Source: Candidatus Woesearchaeota archaeon
GTDB taxonomy: Archaea; Nanobdellota; Nanobdellia; Woesearchaeales; SKIA01
Length of the DNA: 29,880 nt
NCBI GenBank assembly: GCA_007117065.1
Contig: SKHI01000026.1
Location: 1-29,880 of the forward strand
Direction: 5' to 3'
Shown here: positions 1 to 7,557 of the stretch, piece by piece
How positions within the stretch are numbered: the stretch's first letter is position 1
Layout of the letters: the number at the start of each line of letters is the position of its first letter
Position numbers and translations under genes: made by a program
The notes under the pieces: generated by a model
The model's input: only the letters and a program-made list of their open reading frames with translations
Told to the model about the DNA's origin: nothing
Database searches by the model: none

Positions 1-701
1 CCTGAACGTAATTCAGGCACATGTAAAACCACATAATCGCGATCAAAATCAGTTATAGAAAACGTGAGCGAATCAAAATTTAGAGGCGCTCCTGATGCTG
101 ATCCTGTGAGACTAAATGAACCAAAATCCCAATCCTGGTTATACTCATTATCCTGAGCAAAGCTCGTAATAACTATATTATTGAAGTTAAGCGTAGGATT
201 CGTATTTAGCGGAGACGGAAATGCAAATGTGTGAAGTGCGAATTCACTTGATATGTTAAAAATTAAATGGGTGTTGTTATACCAAAAAAAATCAGTTTGC
301 CCATCTTCATCTATGTCAAATGGAAGTGCTTGAGGAGTATTTATGGGAACAGTCCCTGTGATCTGCTCAGTAATTTCTATGCCAGGAAAAATGAGTTGTG
401 TACCGAATCGACCTGCAAAGTGTGAAAAGCTACTGTTTAAGTTTCCGATGTCACCTATCGTAATGTACAGATCACTTACTGTTTCCAATCCAGGATTATG
501 AATAGTTACTACGCCTTCAATAAATATGCTTTCAGTTTCTGCCATCAACTCAAAATTTCGGGCAAAGGAAACATTCTGGTGCACTATCTCTTCTATCGTT
601 ATATTAATATGCGTGTTTGTAGCAAGGGCAATTCCCGGTAGCAGACAAACTGCTAAAAGCAATATGATGAGCCTTTTGTTGTTCGTTTTGTTCCTGTTCA
701 T
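1..701 (-). CDS. secreted/surface protein, partial (C-terminus runs off the window start)
   Basis: Absent from the supplied track because it has no stop in the window. Minus-strand ATG at 699-701. I checked every in-frame triplet down to nt 3 and found no stop. N-terminus MNRNKTNNKRLIILLLAVCLLPGIALATN has a basic n-region, a hydrophobic core and a small-residue cleavage site. The plus-strand ORF 526-720 is its antisense shadow. Confidence 0.55.
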   Translation of the reverse strand, partial: MNRNKTNNKRLIILLLAVCLLPGIALATNTHINITIEEIVHQNVSFARNFELMAETESIFIEGVVTIHNPGLETVSDLYITIGDIGNLNSSFSHFAGRFGTQLIFPGIEITEQITGTVPINTPQALPFDIDEDGQTDFFWYNNTHLIFNISSEFALHTFAFPSPLNTNPTLNFNNIVITSFAQDNEYNQDWDFGSFSLTGSASGAPLNFDSLTFSITDFDRDYVVLHVPELRS

Positions 702-862
702 GGCGCACAATAATCAATGAGTATACTCAATTGTATACTGATATTGAAATAAGTAGTATTTAAACTTAGCGGTTTTCTCTTTCCTTGTGGCGAATGTACG
801 TCTCTAAAATAGCGAGATGTTCTTCAAGCACGGTTATTCTTTGTTCAAGACCGGCGATATAT

Positions 863-1981
863 TCATTTAGACCCATATAGACGTTGCACCTTATGTATGA
901 GCGTATTTAATTGTTTCTCTTTTTTATATATACGATACGTCAGGAAGAGAACACGCATAAATAACCACGTTTTTTGTGAAAAAAGCACGATAAGAAGAAC
1001 AATCACTCCAAGAAATACGTATACGCGTGTAGGAAACAAGGTATTTGGCAATACGCGGAGTACAAATGCGTGCTCGTCGATAAGCGTTTCTGAATGCAGT
1101 TGTATATGCACAGTATAGGTTCCCACAGGCAACTCTCTTGTATGGAGCGTGTACGCGCTCGACATAACTGTTTCATTCCCCTCCAGAAGGATAAGTTCTT
1201 GGGATCGAATACTGTATTCCAAGCGTGGACTTGTGTTGTACTGTTTTATATCGAGCACAAGATCTTGACCTTGATACACAGTTCTCTCATAGACCATCAT
1301 CTGAACCGCTACATCTTGTTCGCGACTCTGTATGAGATCATCGTTGATAAGAGATTCTAAGACCACTCGATAAACTCCTGGTTCTAACGGTGCCGAGTAC
1401 AGAAAAGACATTTTTACTGTCTGAGAAGGAAGTACCTGTATTTGTTGCGGATACGTTGTTGAACCGATAAGAATACCTTCTTCATAGATCTGCAAAGTTA
1501 CTGCGTGATACGCAATAATATTACCATAGTTTTCAAATGTTGTTTCGACAATTATTGGCGAGCCTTCTTGTACGGCAGGAACGTGTATGGATATGTCTGA
1601 GTCGAGCACTGCAAAACCAGTTATCGGTATTGTGATAGAAAGTTCTTCTTCAAGCACTCTGTTTGCAGTTACCAGTGTAAAAAGGAGTTCGTGTGTTTCT
1701 GGCCCAAGCCATTCTGGAATAGTTCCTCGAATTTGTATGTTTGCGCTTTCTTGAGGCTCAAGAAAAAAGTTGGTTCGAGGAAGCAGTATGTCTGTTGTGA
1801 GATATTCTGAAAATGGATGTGGAAGTAAAGAAAAAGAGAGAGGCGTATTTCTCGTATTGGTAAATGTTATTATCTCGTCATACTCGCCTCCAAGTCCTGT
1901 GTCAAGAGTGATAGTGGCGGGTTGTATTTGAAGTCCTAGAAATAGGAGTGCAAACACAATATAGAACACCTCTCTTCGCAT
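863..1981 (-). CDS. membrane-anchored surface protein (signal peptide, beta-rich ectodomain, C-terminal TM)
   Basis: The track ORF 863-1999 starts at TTG. The first ATG (1979-1981) gives MRREVFYIVFALLFLGLQIQPATI (signal-like) and lies about 29 nt downstream of an A/T box (TTTAAATATAT, about 2006-2016). C-terminal TM VYVFLGVIVLLIVLF is followed by a basic tail. No catalytic motif recognised. Confidence 0.6.
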   Translation of the reverse strand: MRREVFYIVFALLFLGLQIQPATITLDTGLGGEYDEIITFTNTRNTPLSFSLLPHPFSEYLTTDILLPRTNFFLEPQESANIQIRGTIPEWLGPETHELLFTLVTANRVLEEELSITIPITGFAVLDSDISIHVPAVQEGSPIIVETTFENYGNIIAYHAVTLQIYEEGILIGSTTYPQQIQVLPSQTVKMSFLYSAPLEPGVYRVVLESLINDDLIQSREQDVAVQMMVYERTVYQGQDLVLDIKQYNTSPRLEYSIRSQELILLEGNETVMSSAYTLHTRELPVGTYTVHIQLHSETLIDEHAFVLRVLPNTLFPTRVYVFLGVIVLLIVLFSQKTWLFMRVLFLTYRIYKKEKQLNTLIHKVQRLYGSK

Positions 1982-2020
1982 ATCAGCTTTGCGTAACAAA
2001 TTATTTTAAATATATGCTTT

Positions 2021-2665
2021 TTAAATCAGTCGTTTCCCTGTAAAAAACGAGTATACTGAGAGTGTTGCAAACCCTATTGCTGCTAGTGTATGGGAGGTAG
2101 AAGCTAAAGCATTCACCATCTCTGAAAAAGAGTGTATCTCTTCAATGAGTTGCGTTGTTCTTTGTTGTTGTGTAATATATGTATCAAGAAACGTAATTGT
2201 TTCCTGCCTCTTTATTGCGATATTCGCATTTGTCTGAGCTTTTTTTTTAAGACGCGAATTGTGGGTGAAATATTCTCTGCACAGAAGTGCATCTACGTAT
2301 CCGTTTGCTTGTTCTGTGCGCGAAAAGTCATGTATAACCCAGCCACATTTGCGCGAATACGCCTGTGTTGAAGCACGTACCGCAGCATAGACGGGCGTTC
2401 TTTGTGTTTGTTGTACTGGCATGAATGTTCTAGTCGCATTCGCGGCTTCTTCGAGAGAAGAGATGGTTTTTTGCAAGTCTTTTTTTGTTTTTGCAGATCT
2501 ATATACCGCGTGTGCCCACAGCCTGTCAACAGCATAGTTTCTCTGAGAAGGCTTGCTGTGGGAGGCAAGAGTAGCAGCGCTGAATTCCAATGAGGACACT
2601 CTCTTTTGCGTAAGCGGTCTTGCAAACTCACCCCACATAGTGTTTATTAATTGTTCAATATACAT
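2021..2665 (-). CDS. hypothetical tail-anchored protein (Q/T/R-rich, single C-terminal TM)
   Basis: 214-aa ORF with an ATG start. The only hydrophobic helix is at the extreme C-terminus (LAAIGFATLSVYSFF). It has its own TATA-like box (plus-strand GCTTATATG at 2687-2695, about 26 nt from the ATG). No family recognised. Confidence 0.5.
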   Translation of the reverse strand: MYIEQLINTMWGEFARPLTQKRVSSLEFSAATLASHSKPSQRNYAVDRLWAHAVYRSAKTKKDLQKTISSLEEAANATRTFMPVQQTQRTPVYAAVRASTQAYSRKCGWVIHDFSRTEQANGYVDALLCREYFTHNSRLKKKAQTNANIAIKRQETITFLDTYITQQQRTTQLIEEIHSFSEMVNALASTSHTLAAIGFATLSVYSFFTGKRLI

Positions 2666-2761
2666 ACAGTACTAAAGACATACAGAGCTTATATGGGTGT
2701 TTGTGTGATAAACGAAAAAAATGTATTTAAAAAAAAAGTATTTCCGATGTGTAAAATAAGA

Positions 2762-3070
2762 TTATTCTTCCGCCGATTCAGTTGCTTCAGGCGTCTTAAC
2801 AGCGTTTTTTTCTATGAGGTTGCCTCGTTCAATACGTTTCATCGTTTCAACATCAGAATAAATAACTGCTGATACATCTGCTTTTGGTTCGCCATAACGT
2901 TGATAAATATGCGTTACCAGTACGAGTTCTCGTTGTACAGAGAGTTTTTTTGCGATAAGATCAGCTACTTCTTGTCTTGTTGGTGTCGTCTCAGCTACAG
3001 TAATGTGCGCTGTTAGTATCGTTCTGTTAAATGCCTGTTGTTTTTGTTGTTCTCCTATTGTTAGTTCCAT
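2762..3070 (-). CDS. rps24e: 30S ribosomal protein S24e
   Basis: 102 aa. The pattern TPTRQEVADLIAKKLSVQRELVLVTHIYQRYGEPKADVSAVIYSDVETMKRIE matches the S24e family. It sits in the conserved archaeal rpoE'-spt4-S24e gene order. Confidence 0.85.
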   Translation of the reverse strand: MELTIGEQQKQQAFNRTILTAHITVAETTPTRQEVADLIAKKLSVQRELVLVTHIYQRYGEPKADVSAVIYSDVETMKRIERGNLIEKNAVKTPEATESAEE

Positions 3071-3071
3071 T

Positions 3072-3266
3072 TTATCTTACCTTTATTGCGTACTCACCTT
3101 CTTGAGGTACATCCATCTCTTTTGCTATTTGAGATTTCATAACATCAAATATGACTATTTTTCCTTGCCAGTTCTGACTGAATTCGCCAATATTCTCTTT
3201 TTTTTCTGTTATTTCTGTTTGCGTAAGCAGTTTTTTTGTTTTTTTGTGTGCGAGTTGTTTTGCCAT
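3072..3266 (-). CDS. spt4: transcription elongation factor Spt4 / RpoE'' homologue lacking the zinc-ribbon cysteines
   Basis: 64 aa. C-terminal half SQNWQGKIVIFDVMKSQIAKEMDVPQEGEYAIKVR aligns with archaeal Spt4 (from memory, M. jannaschii SENWIGLLIVINPEKSEIAKKAGIDIKGKYALSVKE). Positioned 2 nt after rpo7 and 1 nt before rps24e. Contains no Cys at all. Confidence 0.75.
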   Translation of the reverse strand: MAKQLAHKKTKKLLTQTEITEKKENIGEFSQNWQGKIVIFDVMKSQIAKEMDVPQEGEYAIKVR

Positions 3267-3268
3267 AA

Positions 3269-3820
3269 TTATGCTTCCTCTTTCATTTTTAGATCTTCTT
3301 CAATCCAATCAAGTTTCCCTAATCCTTCTTGTCGCATAGTGAGACCTATTTTCGGATTTGTGATATCTTTGTAACTTATTGCTATTATTCTTGCTCTACA
3401 TACATCTCCAAGCTTAAGATGTCTGTTCGTTTCTTTTCCTTGCAGAGTTTTTTCTTTTGTGAAACTTACGTAATCATTCATTGTTTGACTTACGTGTATC
3501 ATTCCATCTACAGGTCCAAGAGTTATAAACGCTCCAAAGTCTGCAATATCTTTTATTACACCTGTCACAATTTCTTGCTGCTCTGGTTGGAATACAAACA
3601 GAGTGAATGCTGTGTGATAATAACTTGCTCCATCACCAGGAATAATTATTCCTTCACCAATTTCATCTAGCCCTTTTACTCCGATAACAATGCCAAGCTG
3701 TTTACTGATGTAACCATCATATTTGTGTTTTATCTGATCGATGATTGCTTCTTCTAGCGGTTTTCCAAAGAGCGCTGGTGGTACGCGTATATGGTCGCTT
3801 ACTTTTATTTGATAGTACAT
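3269..3820 (-). CDS. rpo7: DNA-directed RNA polymerase subunit E' (Rpo7), S1 domain
   Basis: 183 aa. N-terminal Rpo7 fold pattern (VSDHIRVPPALFGKPLEEAI...) followed by an S1 motif (VTGVIKDIADFGAFITLGPVDGMIHVSQ). Conserved neighbourhood with spt4 and S24e. Confidence 0.9.
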   Translation of the reverse strand: MYYQIKVSDHIRVPPALFGKPLEEAIIDQIKHKYDGYISKQLGIVIGVKGLDEIGEGIIIPGDGASYYHTAFTLFVFQPEQQEIVTGVIKDIADFGAFITLGPVDGMIHVSQTMNDYVSFTKEKTLQGKETNRHLKLGDVCRARIIAISYKDITNPKIGLTMRQEGLGKLDWIEEDLKMKEEA

Positions 3821-3832
3821 TCTTATCCTCTA

Positions 3833-3854
3833 AAAAAGACTTTGTTGTCTTTTT
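3833..3854 (-). other. A/U-rich hairpin between the PIN gene and rpo7 (8-bp stem, 6-nt loop), followed by a U-run on the mRNA strand
   Basis: Plus strand AAAAAGAC-TTTGTT-GTCTTTTT. On the minus-strand RNA the stem is followed by UUUUUUAGAGGAUAAGAAUG, which holds a GAGG Shine-Dalgarno and the rpo7 ATG. Could be a weak attenuator or processing site, or chance in A/T-rich spacer. Confidence 0.2.
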
Positions 3855-3861
3855 GCCTACT

Positions 3862-4236
3862 TTACGCCACAACATGTAATTTACTGTTTGCAGCGAGCGT
3901 CAACACCGCAATGTTCTCTTGCCTTGCTCGTTTTTGCAATTGCCTATCTCGGGTGAGGATAATGCTTTTGTGTTCTCGGGCGTAAGCAATGAGTGCATCG
4001 TCGACGTAGTGTATGGATTGCGACAGTATTTTTAAATGTTGTTGTGCTATTTTGTGTGCAAGAAGAGCGTTTCTTGCTGTTTTACTTGATCCAGTAGCGA
4101 GTTTTTCTAGTTCATACAAGGTCCCCTCAAGAACGCATGCAATGAGCTCTGGCCTTTGTGTGCGAATAAGTCCTATGACATCTGTTCCTTGCGCTTGTTG
4201 CATGAGCATATTTGTATCTATTAGAACGTACGTCAT
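3862..4236 (-). CDS. PIN-domain nuclease, Fcf1/Utp24-like (COG1412 type)
   Basis: 124 aa. Has VLIDTNML (first acidic PIN residue), LEGTLYELEKL and ILTRDRQLQKR motifs. Occupies the conserved archaeal position just upstream of rpoE'. Confidence 0.7.
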   Translation of the reverse strand: MTYVLIDTNMLMQQAQGTDVIGLIRTQRPELIACVLEGTLYELEKLATGSSKTARNALLAHKIAQQHLKILSQSIHYVDDALIAYAREHKSIILTRDRQLQKRARQENIAVLTLAANSKLHVVA

Positions 4237-5405
4237 TTTTTTGTTGTAAGCACGTATCTATCCCACCAAAGAGCACTTATTGTTGCAACAATGATGCTGT
4301 AAATGGTTACCAGGAAGAGGACGTTCAGAAATACTTCTGGTATCTCGCTGTATAAATCACTGCTAAAAATGAATATTAGAGCTGCTACGGCTATTCCCCT
4401 TGGCATTGTTATTCCGGTAAAGAATATTTGCTTAAACGTGTAATCGTTTTTAAACGTCATATATGCTGCTATGAATCGCGCAATCAAGGAGGAAACGAAT
4501 ACTCCTGCACTAATAATGAATATTTCTTTTGTATAAACAATGTTTCCTCCAATCATTATTCCTATGAGGAGAAATACAAGCATTTCGAGTATGGTGCTTA
4601 GTGAGAAACTAAACGTGTGCAGTTCTTCTTTTTTCTTTATTGTCACATTTCCAAAAATGATTCCTACCGTTGCTACCGCAAGAACACCATTTCCTGAAAG
4701 ATTTTCTGCCAAGAGGTAACTGATAAGCGCCCCTGTTACCACAGATACGCTTGAAAGGTCTTTTGCATAAAAGCTCCGTAGTGCCTTGAACAGAATGAGG
4801 CCCACAAGAACTCCTGAGCCTACACCAACAACTATTTGCGTTATAATTGCGATGAATTGCTGTATGCCTATTGTTTCTGCAAAGAGTTGAAGAAAGATAA
4901 ATGGAAGAAGCACCATTACAGGCGTATTAAGTATCGCTTCAATAGACAGTGTCCGAACTACTTTTCCTGTTCCATTTGAGAGAATGAGCAGGACACTGCT
5001 CGCATCTGTTCCAGCCAATGTCGAAGCAAGAATGAGTGCAAGAATAAGCCCTCCTTCAAATGAGCTAAAGACAAAATAGTACGCACCTGCTGTTACAATA
5101 ATGAGAGTGGTGAAGAGATACCACATAGTCATGGAAAATGCTGGGCCACTATACGCTTCTAATTGCCGCAAACTAAAGTTCATTGTTCCTTCAAAAACCA
5201 CCATCACGAGTGCCGTAATTCCTAAGGCTATAAGGAATGTTTGGCTGATAATAAACAATTGGGAGTGTACACCTATGATCGTTCCTAAAAGAAGTAGAAT
5301 AAGAACGTTACTGATACGGAGTTTGTGTGCGAGTATCGTTCCAAGTATTCCACAAAGAAGAAGGACTGCAAGTTGAGTTAAAATTACTGTTGCTTCTAGC
5401 GCCAT
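4233..5405 (-). CDS. monovalent cation/H+ antiporter (CPA-family Na+/H+ exchanger)
   Basis: Polytopic membrane protein of more than 10 TM. The N-terminus MALEATVILTQLAVLLLCGILGTILAHKLRISNVLILLLLGTIIG is typical of the Na_H_exchanger family. I prefer the ATG at 5403-5405 because an A/T box at 5426-5435 sits about 25 nt upstream, implying a leaderless mRNA. The track start at 5444 adds 13 non-conserved residues. ATGA overlap with the PIN start. Confidence 0.8.
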   Translation of the reverse strand: MALEATVILTQLAVLLLCGILGTILAHKLRISNVLILLLLGTIIGVHSQLFIISQTFLIALGITALVMVVFEGTMNFSLRQLEAYSGPAFSMTMWYLFTTLIIVTAGAYYFVFSSFEGGLILALILASTLAGTDASSVLLILSNGTGKVVRTLSIEAILNTPVMVLLPFIFLQLFAETIGIQQFIAIITQIVVGVGSGVLVGLILFKALRSFYAKDLSSVSVVTGALISYLLAENLSGNGVLAVATVGIIFGNVTIKKKEELHTFSFSLSTILEMLVFLLIGIMIGGNIVYTKEIFIISAGVFVSSLIARFIAAYMTFKNDYTFKQIFFTGITMPRGIAVAALIFIFSSDLYSEIPEVFLNVLFLVTIYSIIVATISALWWDRYVLTTKK

Positions 5406-5425
5406 ACATCTGTTATGAAAGAAAT

Positions 5426-5435
5426 GATTTTTATT
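5426..5435 (-). promoter_or_regulatory. TATA-like box for the antiporter gene
   Basis: Minus-strand AATAAAAATC centred about 25 nt upstream of the ATG at 5405. This is archaeal leaderless-promoter spacing. Confidence 0.3.
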
Positions 5436-5483
5436 CCTATGCATTACGATACACTCTTAAGCAAGTAAGAACTTTTCATACCT

Positions 5484-6713
5484 ATGAATCAACAAGACCT
5501 CTTAGAGAGAGTTCGCACTCTCCTTCGTCCAAGCGACGATATCGCAAAGCTAGCTCAAACGGTGCAAAGAAAGATTTCCTTGCGAGTTATCGAATTGGGC
5601 ATTCGTGCAGAAGTAGTCGTTGGTGGGAGCGTTGCTAAAAATACGCACCTCGCTGATAGCGGGGACGTCGATATCTTCGTTCGTTTTTTACAAGAGCATC
5701 CTGAAGAAGAGTATAGTGCGTTATTAGAAGATATACTCATCCCCTTTAAACCAGTGCACGTACAGGGAAGCAGGAAGTATTTTCAATTCTCGTATCGCAC
5801 TGTTTCGTTTGAAGTAGTTCCGGTTCGTTACATCACATCTAGTTCTGATGCACGTAACATCACCGATGTTAGCCCCTTGCATGTTGCCTATGTGCAAACC
5901 CATGGTTCGCATCTTGTTGATGACATTCGTTTACTTAAGCAGTTGTGTAAATCCTGTGAAGTATATGGTGCCGAAAGCTTTATTCGCGGATTTTCAGGGC
6001 ATGTATTGGATATTCTGGTCATTCATTATGGTTCCTTCCTTTCATGCATACAACATATCGCTCAGTGGACTCTTCCTGTTCAAATTACTCCAATTCATGA
6101 TCAACAGAACACTGTAAAGAATATAAAACAAGATAAACACATCCCGTTGATTGTTCTTGACCCTATACAACCACAACGAAATGCTGCTGCTGCTGTAAGC
6201 GAGGAGAAGTGTCTATTGTTAATGGAATATTGTTCTCGTTTTCTCCAAAACCCAAGTGAGGAGTTTTTCACTCTCAAAGAATTTGATGTAGAACGTCTCT
6301 GTATGACGCATAAAGAGTCAAATTTTTTTATGTGTGTTCGACTTCGGTGTAGTTCTCTGAGACGCGACGTGGCTGGTTCTCAGGTTAGGAGCCTTTTTGA
6401 ACGAATTGTACACATCGCAAAAAGAGAACACTTTATTCTTCATGAAGCATCTTGGAAATTTCTTTCGGTCAATGAATCATATTTGTGGTTTGATGCGCAG
6501 CCGCCAGCAGAACATGTTGAGCGTAGAGGCCCTCCCGTATCTGAAAAAAAGCACGTAAAAGCATTTCTTAAAGAGCATGGAGATGCGTATGTACGAGATG
6601 CTGTTTGGTATGCATTGGTGCCAAGAAGATTTTCTTCTCTTACTGAAATCATTTTTTCGGTGCAAGATGCGTTTTCTGATGTAGATATCGAGTTCCTTCC
6701 AAAAGAAGAATAA
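5484..6713 (+). CDS. cca: CCA-adding tRNA nucleotidyltransferase (archaeal class I)
   Basis: 409 aa. Nucleotidyltransferase signature VVGGSVAKNTHLADSGDVDIFVRF (GS...D-x-D). Length and layout match archaeal CCA enzymes. Confidence 0.85.
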   Translation: MNQQDLLERVRTLLRPSDDIAKLAQTVQRKISLRVIELGIRAEVVVGGSVAKNTHLADSGDVDIFVRFLQEHPEEEYSALLEDILIPFKPVHVQGSRKYFQFSYRTVSFEVVPVRYITSSSDARNITDVSPLHVAYVQTHGSHLVDDIRLLKQLCKSCEVYGAESFIRGFSGHVLDILVIHYGSFLSCIQHIAQWTLPVQITPIHDQQNTVKNIKQDKHIPLIVLDPIQPQRNAAAAVSEEKCLLLMEYCSRFLQNPSEEFFTLKEFDVERLCMTHKESNFFMCVRLRCSSLRRDVAGSQVRSLFERIVHIAKREHFILHEASWKFLSVNESYLWFDAQPPAEHVERRGPPVSEKKHVKAFLKEHGDAYVRDAVWYALVPRRFSSLTEIIFSVQDAFSDVDIEFLPKEE

Positions 6714-7506
6714 TGCTTATTCCCAGAAAAAAAGCGATGTATACTCCAAACTCTGCGGGTTGCGCGATAAATGTATATGGAGTTCTCAACGTGCCAAGCA
6801 GAAGCCCTGCCAGAAATGCTACTGTCTGAGCACGTCTTGTTCTCAAAAGAGAGTCTATCCCCCTGCTTACAAGAAATACTCCTGTTATTCCTCCAGCAAC
6901 CAGTGTGGCAAGGAGACTGATATGTTGTAACGGTTGCTGTATTGCTGATAAGAGGTATTCGTATGAACCTGTGAGAAAAAAGATATAGCTTCCACTTACC
7001 CCTGGAAGAAGCATTGCACTTACTGCGACAATTGCCAGAGCAAAATACACACCAAGATGGTTTGGCAACGTAGTTACTGGAAGAAACGTAATACCATACC
7101 CTAAGAGTGCGCCTGGAAGAGCATATACAAGTGCCTGTTTGGCTTGTGTGAGCAGAAGAATCCCTCCTGCAAACAGTAAACCGACAAGTAAAGAGTATAT
7201 GTATTGTGGAAATAACTGTAGCGCATATACAAGAAGATGTGAGCCTGCAAGAAGGGCAAAAATTATTCCGCTACCTAGTGGGAGAAGAAATGATATGTGT
7301 ATATGCGAATATATAGTTGTAAAGGGAGTGGTTCCACGCAGATATCCGCCTAATGCCCTTGGAACGCGCGTGAGTTCTGTGAGTGCATGTATAAGAGAGG
7401 CATATATGTTTGTTATAATTGCTATCGTCCCCCCACTTATTCCTGGTATGAGATCAGCTAATCCCATCGCTATTCCTTTACAAAAGAGAACCATTTGTTT
7501 CTTCAT
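6649..7506 (-). CDS. DUF368-family polytopic membrane protein (candidate polyprenyl-phosphate transporter)
   Basis: Duplicated signature LIPGISGGT ... LLPGVSGS is typical of DUF368. The track start at 7515 is TTG, and the first ATG is at 7504-7506 (MKKQMVLF...). The 3' end overlaps cca by 65 nt. Confidence 0.75.
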   Translation of the reverse strand: MKKQMVLFCKGIAMGLADLIPGISGGTIAIITNIYASLIHALTELTRVPRALGGYLRGTTPFTTIYSHIHISFLLPLGSGIIFALLAGSHLLVYALQLFPQYIYSLLVGLLFAGGILLLTQAKQALVYALPGALLGYGITFLPVTTLPNHLGVYFALAIVAVSAMLLPGVSGSYIFFLTGSYEYLLSAIQQPLQHISLLATLVAGGITGVFLVSRGIDSLLRTRRAQTVAFLAGLLLGTLRTPYTFIAQPAEFGVYIAFFLGISIILLLEGTRYLHQKTHLAPKK

Positions 7507-7527
7507 ATGAGACAAAAAAGAAGGAAT

Positions 7528-7540
7528 GTTTAAAAAATAC
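7528..7540. promoter_or_regulatory. single A/T box midway between two divergent ATGs (7506 and 7558)
   Basis: GTTTAAAAAATAC centred about 28 nt from the DUF368 ATG and about 24 nt from the lipoprotein ATG, inside a 51-nt divergent spacer. Confidence 0.3.
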
Positions 7541-7557
7541 GCACTATTCGTTACTGC

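Noticed and set aside
526-720. Plus-strand 64-aa ORF in the track
   Set aside because: It is antisense to the signal-peptide region of the longer open minus-strand frame (1-701), which has a far more plausible protein sequence.
766-876. 36-aa minus-strand ORF (MGLNEYIAGLEQRITVLEEHLAILETYIRHKERENR), heptad-like
   Set aside because: It is too short to support without conservation data and overlaps the 3' end of the 378-aa gene by 14 nt. It could be real, but I cannot show that.
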